From NCBI RefSeq assembly GCF_009914755.1, contig NC_060941.1: DNA of 64,000 nt. The stretch is one strand, 5' to 3'. The DNA comes from the human T2T-CHM13v2.0 reference genome, Homo sapiens. Below are positions 53,548 through 64,000 of the stretch, in pieces. The position numbers and the translations under genes are program-made. The notes under the pieces are model-generated. The model had not been told where the DNA came from. It did not search any database and saw only the letters and a list, made by a program, of their open reading frames with translations. Position 1 is the stretch's first letter, and each line of letters opens with the position of its first letter.

Positions 53548-56469
53548 AGATGACTGCAGTTTTAAATCAGACTCAGCACCAGTGACATTCAAATCAAAGT
53601 TTTGCAGAACTAGCAAAGCAACTCTATGGAACCCCAGGATTCCACTGGGAACACAGTTTGAAAATCATTGCAATAGGATAAATTTTTGGAAGTGGAATTG
53701 CTGGAGCAAAGGGCCTGAACCTTTTAAAAGCAGTTTGTGGCCAGGCACGGTGGCTCACACCTGTAATCCCAGCACTCCCCTCTGTGCCGTGACTCAGGAA
53801 CCAGGTAACGTGCTGAGTCAGGCCCCAGGCACAGGAAGCCACAGATCAGACACAGCTCAACAACAGGCTTCCCTGAGCCCCCTTGGCTCACACCAGCAGC
53901 AACGCCGGGTTCCATGTGCAGATAAGTGATCCATCTCAGTCTCTCCCGGCTGACAGGGAGTTGAAGGTTCTACTCTTGGCCCTGATCCTAATACCAGTGC
54001 CAATAATCGAGCACCTACTATTTGCAAAATATTGGGCCAGGAACTTGACCACATCCTCCCTTCATCCTCAGAACAACCCGTTAGGGAGGGCCTCCCTGTC
54101 CCCATTTTCTAGATGAGGAAATGGAGGCTTTAGAGCAGCTAACGTGGCTTATACAACCTGCCTGCAGAACCTTCCAGGTCTGAGCTGAGGTGTCATCTCT
54201 GAACACCAGGCTGCTGCACTAACCAGAAGACCCCTCCCCACCTGCAGTGGCCTCGCTGCATCGTAAGGATGGAGGAGCTGTTGTCTCCACAGCTGACAGG
54301 TGCTTAGTGGTTAGAAGTCTGGTTTTCGCGCGGCTTAGATCTTTAACATCTGAACTAGTCCTGTCAACATATTTTGTTATATTTCTGGTGGCTTTGTCTT
54401 TGATGCTATTATAAATGATTATCTTTTAAAATAATACTTTGATGATATATAGAAATGAAATTGATTTATTTGAGTGTATCCAGCAACCTTTTCAAATTCT
54501 AATAAATTGTGTAGGGAAAAAAAAGTCTGGCTTCGGAGTCAGAACGGAATTGAATCCTGCCTCCACCACTTCCTACCTATATGACCTGGTGAAACTTATC
54601 CCTCTCTGTGACTCAGTTTCCTCATCTGTAAAATGGGAAAATTGAAAGCAACTAACAGGTTTGGGGCCGTTTTGCTTGCTGCTGCTGTGGCTTCAGTGCT
54701 GAGGCCTGGCACTCAGCGGGATGTCAGCCCAGGACTGGAGCTTCTTTCTCATGGTATTATTTTGAATTTAGATGAAAAGAGGTATTCCAGGAGAGCTCCT
54801 GGCACAGGGCCTGGCAGGTGGCACATCCTCAGTAAATGTGAGCTGCTGTCAGCTGCTGTGTGAGTGCCTGGTGTGGCCCTGTTGTCCCCTTGAGGGTTGG
54901 GGGACAAAACAGGCCCTCAGGAAGCCTGCCTGTGTATTCGGGGGCTGGGGAGATCTCTGACCTCCTGTCTCCTAGCTCCACCAGCATCTCTCACCTCCCC
55001 CAGCAATGTACAACCCCTTCTTTTCCCATAGCTTAGGGCCCTGAGGTACCAGCCCCCCAGCCTAGGGACAGCCCAGTGGCAAACTCCTGGTGACCTGGGT
55101 CAAGCTGCTGTTCTCCAATCCCAACTCGGCTCTTCCCGTGACTTGGCCCCCAGGCCTTGGGTGAGGCTCCGATGAAATAACACACAGGAATGTGTGCTGA
55201 ACACTGCCAAGCACTGCAGGTGGGCAGGGGCTTTGTGCTCCCCAGCGACTGTTCCTATCCTGCGGGAATGGAGGAGACCGACAAAGAAGCCCCACTCCTG
55301 GGCTGACATCCTGCCAGTGCCAGCCGGGCCTCAGCACCAGTGGGTCAGCCAGAACAGCAACGACGAACAATGAGGCCCCAAACCCGTGGGCCCCCCACTT
55401 TCTATCTTGAATTTCTCTGTCTTTCCTAGGCCAGCAATGTTTGAGAGGGAGAGCGAGCTGAAGATTTCCTGATTTCAGATAGGCCTAGAGAAGGATTGTA
55501 ATTTTCTAGTGTGAAAAGGAAGTGGCACAAAGATGAGGGCAATGAAGAAGATGGTTCAATGGAAGTACCAGGGTCCTGTAAATAGGGAACGTGTTTTATG
55601 ATCAAACCGTTCTTTGCATTTTTGGTGATTTTGAGGTTTAATTTCCTCTATGTAGTTAGTTAACTATTTAACACTGAGAGCAGGGGTAGGGATAAGGCAA
55701 ACAACAAAAAAGCCAAAATGAAACCAACTTCTGTGGGGTTTCCCCACCCCAGGGAGGTGGAGGCTGAGGTAGAACTGACTGAGAGAATCACCCTCCCTGC
55801 ACTGTGATGAAGACACATCCACACATCAGGACTACACAGCTGGCAGGTGCTGGCTGTCCAGAGGAGCAAACAGCTTCTTCCTTGTGTTTCTGTGTCTCTT
55901 AGTAGAAATCTGTGCCCTTGGGAGAAAACTGAATTTGCACCCCTTGAGGCAAACACTTGACCAAATGAATTAGGCAGATGGGTGGATGGGTGGGTGAATG
56001 GGCAGGAGGTGTGACAGGCAGGAGGCGTGACAGGGAAAGAACACTGTTCTGACAGGCACACACTGCCACATCTGCCCTCCCAACAACCCCGATACAGACA
56101 CTGTTGTTAACCCTCCTTTTACAGATGAGGAAACTGAAGTTAATTTGCTCGTGGTAACACAGCTAGGCAAGTGGCTACGTTCAGCTGGAGAAAAGGAAAA
56201 TTCTGAAAGACTTTAGGATACATCTTATTCAAAAGCATTTGGTGAACATAAATATGTACCCAAGGTATAATATTAAGTGAACCAAGCTTGTTATAAAGCA
56301 GTATGAGTCCTGTCTGATTCCAACTTTATAAAAAATAGATGCATATGTCAATAAATGCACAGAAAAGGGTATACCCTAAAATGTTAATAATGGTGATCTC
56401 TGGGTTATGACACAAAATATTGATTGGTCTTTGGGCTTTTCTTTAATTTTAAAATGTTAATAGACATGT

Positions 56470-56884
56470 ATTATCTTAATAATGGGAGGAGCCACAGAAA
56501 AAGTGCTTTTCAAAAACATGAAATCAATAAGCCCATGCAGGACCTGCAGGGGGCTGCAGTCACCTGGGCCTCATAGGCTTGGCAAAGGCTTTAGTTATGC
56601 CCTGATTGGAGGCCACTGGCATGGAGAAGCTGTAGGTCAGCTAACTGGAACTAGGACATCCAATGTGATTGGTTATGTGTGCATATTTGTCTTTCTTCAT
56701 TGGGTCCTAAGTTGCAAGCAGGCGCAAAAATTAAGGAAGCTGTGAGTCAATGAAGTCCTGGCTGTTTTTCAGCTGGTTGCTATAGGGTTGTTTTTTGACT
56801 TTCTAGACTGGTTGCTGTAGAGGTGGGTCAGAGTTTTACTTTCATCTATGGTCTGGCCATTGTATTTGTATATTCAGTCTCTTA
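56470..56884 (-). mobile_element. Old class I ERV 3' LTR (MER90-like, family tentative)
   Basis: Minus-strand start (t)AAGAGACTGAATATACA is preceded by a polypurine tract AAAAGGGG at 56889-56896; env remnant lies upstream. The left boundary is approximate. Confidence 0.6.
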
Positions 56885-57254
56885 GTCACCCCTTTTGGTC
56901 ATTCGCTTACTTTCAAGAGGTTGGCCAATTCAAGGAAAGCTGGAAATCTAGCTCTTTATCACTCAGAGATTATTCAGTAAACTCCATATAAAACTGTATT
57001 GCAAAATATTCCTGACCTTTTTGTTTTTGTATCATCATGGTGATTTTGACTAGAGAGCAGATGTGCAGAAGCTTTTAAGAATCTAGATAGCACGCAGCAT
57101 CATGTCCACTCTTACAAAGCCAGAATAATTAATAGTTCCTATAAGGTGATTTGGAACCAGGAACCTCAATTGCCAAATCAAGGCCAAAATAACAAATTTG
57201 ATAGATTATGGGATCAACCTTAGCCAAATAGCTTATACCATGAAACAATATATA

Positions 57255-57456
57255 ATAGTTCCAACTTGCTTGTTTCTTTGATCCAAGGACAAGAAGTATG
57301 AGCAACGGCACAGACACCAGGATGACTAAAAGAAAAAAAAAAAAAAAACCTAGGGTAATGTTATTGTCTATCACTGCCCATGCCAATGAGTTGAGATTGA
57401 TCTGTATTTGTATCTAGGACAAAGGCAATATCATCAATAACTTCTGCCAGAGTGAG
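57255..57456 (-). mobile_element. Decayed gammaretroviral-type env TM remnant
   Basis: Frames give LTLAEVIDDIAFVL / QINLNSLAWAVIDNNITLGF / HPGVCAVAHTSCPWIKETSKLE, i.e. heptad, ISD-like and CX6C(C) motifs of class I env. Confidence 0.75.
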
Positions 57457-57892
<436 letters not shown>

Positions 57893-58579
57893 TTAATGGA
57901 AGACCTCAATAAGCCATTGTAGGCTGTAAAATTCACCTAGTCCAATCTTTCAGAGTCGTTTTGGACTTGATAGTAGCTCAGTACCAAGATCATTACAGAA
58001 GTTAATACCAATAATAGCCATTGAATATATTGTCTCTATAATGTGGATCAAATTCTCATTTGACTGTACTGACATTGGTGATAGAAGGTGCAACCTGATT
58101 TACGCTGGGGTATATCAGGTGATTAAAGTTAAGGCAGGCTAGAGAAAAAGTGAAAGCACTCAAATTGCTGATTTGGAGTGAATGATAAAGCAATTTAATA
58201 CACCGTCTCTAAAGCATCCGTTTTCGCCTGTCCGAAGAGTTTTAAAGGATATTTGGCCAGAAAATTTCTACCATGTGTCAGAATATTAATTTGCATGTAT
58301 GCATTCATAGTTCATGGGATATTATTTTAGTGGTTTTATTATAACTGCATAGAATGGTTTGCTTCTTACTGAAGATCTTTCTTTTTTTCTTTCGTTCTTT
58401 CTCTTACAGCCATAGGTGCTTTAAGTCATTAAACTTTGAGCACTGTAAAAATATCTAAAGAGTGCTTATTTTTATAACATTAATACTCCATTTGCAACTT
58501 TAATTATAGTTACTTCATTTTTAAAATCTCAGAAGATAATGAAATATGTAGAATTGCCAAAACAATTGAGAAAGCTCAC

Positions 58580-58976
58580 TGCATTCGTTTGGTAGAGCTG
58601 TCGTAACAAAGTGCCATGGACTGGATGGCTTAAACAGAAACTTACTTTCTCACAGTTTTAGATGCCAAAAGTCCAAGATTAAAGGTATTGGTAGGTTTGG
58701 TTTCTTCTGAGACCTATTCAATTGGTCCATAGACTGCTATCGTCTCCCCGTGTCTTTACATCGTCATTTCTCTGTATGTGTCTGTGTGTAAATGTTCTCC
58801 TCTTAGAAGCACGCCAGTCACATTGGATTAGGACGCACCCTACTGACCTTATTTAACCTTAATTGTGTACTTCTCTAAAGACCTTGTCTCCAAGTGTAGA
58901 TACTCCGTGATATTGAGGGTTAGGACTTCAACACATGAATTTGGCGGGGGTGGGTGGGCACAATTTAGCTCATAAA
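58580..58976 (-). mobile_element. MaLR LTR (MLT1B/C-like)
   Basis: gctgtcgtaacaaagtgcca...ggcttaaacagaaa...ttggattagg...ttaggacttcaacacatgaattt...cacaatttagc. Confidence 0.75.
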
Positions 58977-60106
58977 ACTCACTAAGGTTTAATTAGGGCA
59001 TGGACTGTAGAGCATTCTACTGTTAATTTAGTTTTTGTGTTTGGAAAGCATTTTGAAACATAATGATTTTTATTTACAATTTCATTATTTATATTTTCAT
59101 TATGTTTAGGGTTGCTTGGAGGTAAATGAAGAAAGAAGAGTTCCGCATTAGTGAGGCAGGGATGTCAGTATATAAGGAATTGGAAAGACATCAGTGATAA
59201 TGGCAAAAGCTGCTTATAAATTAAATTAAGAGCTTAATTAAACTGAGGAAAAAAGCATATTGCCAAATTACATGCAGTTGTTTTGTAACAGCATTTGTCC
59301 ACTTGCTGTGCCCTGAGATTTCCAAGGCACATTCCTCTACTAAGCGTATTATAAGATGATTAAATATGCATAGTACAAGTATGTTATGGAAGGCTGTGTT
59401 AACTGATATAGTGGGACCACAATAGTATGTGTAAGTGAGATTTGGAAAATTTGATATGCCAGCAAGGACAAAGAAGTGTTGAATTTGCAAGTTTATGCAC
59501 ATAATTCTGAGAATCCAGGCAGCTATTTCTCCTTTTGAATTGTTCTCTTGGCTAGGGGATAAGGGTGAGACACAATACACATTTGAATGTGTCACTGTGT
59601 AAGTTACCACTGCAATATCTTCTGTATGTTGAAAAACTGGTACTTATATGTACTAATACTATCTACCATGAAAAAAACAATTAAAAATTTAAAATATCAT
59701 GTAAATTAAATAAAGTTCAAATACCACTAGCCAGAAAAAAAATATTTTATATTATAGTCTGGGGTCAGAAGAGGAAAACCTTATGTAAAGTATCAAAGTT
59801 AATTTTTATTTCAATTTAAATGCACCATCATATAACATAGTTTCATAACTGAAATTACATTTGTCAGAATTTGATCTTTTCATTATTAAAGAATTGAGGG
59901 AAAATTGATGGTTATAATATTGATATGCAATGTAAATAAACTTTTTTTGATTGTTATAGTAATGAATTGCTCAACTAATTGGCCAATGTCAACCACATAT
60001 CTGTTTCCATGGAAACTGCAGCAATATTACTTCAAATAGTTTCATTTGTGAATGTGATAAACAATTTTCAGATAAAAAATGTATACATACATATACCATT
60101 TGTCCT

Positions 60107-60109
<3 letters not shown>

Positions 60110-60140
<31 letters not shown>

Positions 60141-60423
60141 TGAGACGGAGTCTAGCTCTGTCACCCAGGCTGGAGTGCAGTGGCGCGATCCCGGCTCACT
60201 GCAAGCTCCACCTCCCGGGTTCCCGCCATTCTCCTGCCTGAGCCTCCCGGGTCGCTGGGATTACAAGTGCCCGCCGCTACACCCGGCTAATTTTTTATAT
60301 TTTTAGTAGAGACGGGGTTTCACCTGTGTTAGCCAGGATGATCTCGATCTCCTGACCTCGTGGTCCACCCGCCTCGGCCTCCCAAAGTTCTGGGATTACA
60401 GACGTGAGCCACCGCGCCCGGCC
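60110..60423 (-). mobile_element. AluY, CpG-rich (young)
   Basis: TSD ttgtcctggatttt; long poly(T); AluY diagnostics. Confidence 0.92.
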
Positions 60424-60907
60424 TTGTCCTGGATTTTTTAACCAAGCACTATTATTTATAGTTGCGTTAAAATAAATAGGGATGGGTTTGATAAGTCACC
60501 ACTTGGTGCTTTAAATTCTGCCATCATCTTTTCTAGGAGTGTAAGATATAGAGATACACATAAGCAGAAAATTTTTTTTAACATGAGGATAATATGATAA
60601 TGTAACCAGTGATAACCTACCTCTCTTTTTCAATGCTTTCCAGATGCAAATTGTATTGTATCAATCATTCAAGGACAGCTTGTAGGACTTTGAAGACCCA
60701 AGCAGCCAAAAAATAGCTAATTCCTCCTTATTTCAGTTGGTATGAAGAGAAGGTTACTAATAATGCTGCTCTTCCAGCACAAGTCTTCTGGGCTGTCAGT
60801 GAGCTTGGTCAGTGGGAACCACAGGAAATTATGAGTTATGTTTGTTATATATGAGAGGAAAATTGAGGCTACCAGTCTTGTCACAGGGTTTATAGATAAT
60901 TGCCTTG

Positions 60908-61060
60908 TGTGCCACCATGCCTGGATAATTTTTGTATTTTTAGTAGACAGGGGATTTCACCATGTTGGCCAGGCTGGTCTCAAGCTCCTGACCTCAGGTG
61001 ATCTGCCTGCCTTGGCCTCCCAAAGTGCTGGGATTACAGGCGTGAGCCACCGCGCCCAGC
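60908..61060 (-). mobile_element. Alu 5' half only
   Basis: Left arm and linker present; most of the right arm and the tail are missing. Confidence 0.85.
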
Positions 61061-61319
61061 ACCCCATTAAATCTTATCACAAAGCCTCTTCAAACTTGGC
61101 TCCAATGGAGGGAATTGATACTTCAGCAATATTCTGTCTTCTACTCCATGAGCATAAACTGATGCTATCCTGAGCAAACTAGAATGATTACCCTATGAAG
61201 GTTCAGTAACTATAATAGGGGTATTTTTGGCATTAGTTTGAGACCTACAGCCTGTGCCAAAAGTGAACAGGAAGCATCACATTTAAAAGATGTATAAAAT
61301 ATGTCTATATCTATCCATT

Positions 61320-61552
61320 TGATATGGCTTGACTGTGTCACCACCCAAATCTTATTTGGAATTCCCACATGTTGTAGGAGGGAACCGGTAGGAGGTAATT
61401 GAATCATGGGGGCAAGTCTCCCGTGCTATTTTCATGATAGTGAATAAGTCTCACGATATCTGATGGTTTTAAAAAAAGGAGTTCCCCTGCACAAGCTCTC
61501 TGTGTTTGCCTACTGCCATCCATGTAAGACGTGACTTGCTCCTCCTTGCCTT
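61320..61552 (+). mobile_element. THE1 LTR, 5' part only
   Basis: TGATATGGCTTGACTGTGTCACCACCCAAATCT...gtgaataagtctcacga...gtgacttgctcctccttgccttc. Confidence 0.85.
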
Positions 61553-63649
61553 CTAGTACATCATCTATCTGGTTATTTCATACATATTTTCTAGCATTTT
61601 ATTATTGGTTTCTTCAAAACTCTTCAGAAACTAATATATGTATATTTTCCACCATGATCAACTGTGCATATTAATATATATTATTTGGTATATGAATGTG
61701 GATTCATAATTGAGATTATGTTCCAATGAGTCATAGTAAAAGTACAGAAAATTAATATTTCTAATGCCTTATCAACCGATGATTATTATAAAATTAGCCT
61801 TTATGTCAAGTTCTCATTGCTCTTGAATTTCATTCCAAACAGAATTTTGGAATTCATATTATTTGGAATAGTATAGCTGTCATACCTAAATTAGTTTAAT
61901 AACCCACATCTAATGCAAATTTACATTAAGATTTTACATAAATAATTATGGTGTAGAGTATGACAATCCTATTTCAAAACCACAGAGCCCTTAGAAAAAC
62001 AAATTCTTGATTTTTCAGATATCTCAAATACTGTAAAATACAGTATAACTAAGAATAATTAGCCATGAGGTCAAACTTCAATTTCAAACATTATAAAAGT
62101 AAAATTAAGAGTTAAAATCTAAAACCACATGAAAATTTATTCTTCATTATAATCTCAAATTTGAAAACGTTATATAAGATTTATGCATTCATTAGAAAGT
62201 GATTTATTGTAATTTTATAAGATTTGCCAATTTTTAAAGGTGTATTTTTGATCAATGCAATTAAATGTTAAAATTATTATGCTATACATTATTAGTTCAT
62301 GACACATTTTCAAATATGAATGTGATGTAGAAACAGGTGATTATCAGAAAATAAACTCTGTTTTTAGTTTAAGACTAAATTAAAGCTACCAAAAAGAAAT
62401 TTAGTTTCAAGATAGGAAAGTTTATTTGTAAGGATGCTGGGATGTTTGAACCCAAGATGAGTGATGTTTAAAAGGTTTTGCAATGGCATTCAATGAATAA
62501 AAAATGTTTAGAGTTCAGTAACTTCAGTTACCATTTTGGACAGATAACAAGAGATCCAATCTGACTAGCAGAGAATAATGTAAGACATTTAGAATAGTTA
62601 GCAGTTTAAATCAGAGGGTAGACAGATTATTTTCCAATGTAAAGTACATATTTCTCCATTTGCATAATCCTCACCAGTGGGTAGAATTTATGAAGAATAG
62701 AATTTGGTTCATGGAAAGAAAAGCAGGCAGGAACTAAATCAGATATAACTTTCTTCATATTTAATAACTGAAGTTTACTCCTATTTTGAGACTCAATTCT
62801 GATAGAAGTTGGAAAATTAATCTGTCAGTTTAACCCTATCTCTAACCCCCTGCCATGTAGAGAATTGAACTAGCCTTCGCTCTCATAAGTGGAATTTTAA
62901 AAAATAATGAGTTACATGAGCTGATAAGCACACATGCATAGTCAATGTTAAGGCTTAGCATTTATAAAATTTGGGATGATAATTTATGGCAAATGTTTAA
63001 CACATTTAATAAGATAAATAGTTTTTAAGGCATTGAATAGGTAGGAGTTCATATGAGTTTACTCTGGGTTGCTATTACTTTTACATAGTCAAACTTTATT
63101 TTGTAGTATTTTTCTTCTTGATTCTCTAGTCACTATGATAATTATTAGTATGGATGGTGACTTTTATTTCCAAGCACAGCATAATCCACAATAACATAAC
63201 ATTTAAAAGCAAAGGCTCTGTATCGATTATTAACATGAACAATTTCCTTTGCTACCATACTCCATCCAGATAAAGAACTGAATGTTCCTCTGAACCTTCC
63301 AATTAATTTCCTCCATTGTGATGAATCCTCCATAGATTTATTGGCAAAACATTATTTCTAAGTGTTCTCCACCCTACTATAAATTGTCTCAAAATAGTTT
63401 GTGTCTACCAACAAGGTAGTATAGACTATAAACTTAATAAATAGTAATTATTGATAATTATGAGATACCAGGATGCTAATGAAACTTTATTGCTTGTATT
63501 GAGAAATGAGAGTATAAATTGAGTATAAAATGAAAAGACTTGAATGCTTAGTAAAGCATATAATGTAGCTAAAGTTATTAAACAGATATATGTATATGCC
63601 AATTTGAATGTCTTTTTATCGTTGTTCAATGTATAGAATACTTATTTTT

Positions 63650-64000
63650 TCCTTTTTTTAGTTGACACAGTAATTATACTTACAGGATACAGAGTGATAT
63701 TTTGATATATCTATACAATATGTAAGGATCAAATCAGAGTAATTAACATATCCATCACTTTATCATTTCTTTGTGTTGTGAACATTCAGAATCCTCTCTT
63801 CTAGCTTTTTGAAAATATATAATAAATTACAGTTAACCATATTCACCTTGCAGTGTTGTAGAACACCATAAAACATTCCATCTAGCTATAATTTTGTATC
63901 CATTAACCAAACTGTCCCCATCCTCCTTTTCCCTACCCTTCCCAGCATCTTAATACTCACAATCCTACTCCCTACTTTCATGAGCTTAAATTTTACTTAG
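63650..64000 (-). mobile_element. L1MA 3' end
   Basis: atcaaatcagagtaatt...gaacattcagaatcctctcttctagct...cccttcccagc. Confidence 0.7.

Noticed and set aside
61064-61200. Possible env fusion-peptide continuation ([14 protein letters not shown])
   Set aside because: TSD logic joins this sequence to 57888 onward, not to the env fragment, and the similarity is weak

Overview
Primate (most likely human) euchromatic DNA, very Alu-rich, with no intact protein-coding gene. The left half (1-30 kb) is an LRRC37 'core duplicon' segment on the minus strand. It holds an unprocessed RDM1 pseudogene (five exons, equivalent to exons 3-7; 23582-29844), whose stop codon lies about 310 bp upstream of a disabled LRRC37A-type gene. 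That gene has a 3.2-kb Pro/Glu/Gln repeat exon 1, five LRR exons and the Cys-rich exon, and runs off the left edge. A full-length processed SH3GL1 (endophilin A2) retrocopy sits in its intron. From memory this combination fits human 17q24.2 (LRRC37A16P / SH3GL1P3 / RDM1P3); this placement is an inference and needs BLAT. The right half is intergenic: a MER75 piggyBac MITE, old L1, two divergently oriented solo LTR12 (ERV9) elements each inserted inside an Alu, a candidate CTCF site between them, and an old class I ERV remnant (3' LTR plus env TM). Two signals stand out. (1) Just downstream of the predicted TSS of the + strand LTR12 the sequence is unusually diverged: the LTR poly(A) signal has become a consensus splice donor, two more GTAAGT sites have arisen, and a candidate second exon lies downstream. 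(2) A swapped Alu target-site duplication points to an Alu-Alu inversion of about 3 kb at 57.9-60.9 kb. Repeat family names and consensus comparisons are from memory, and repeat boundaries are approximate unless a TSD is quoted.
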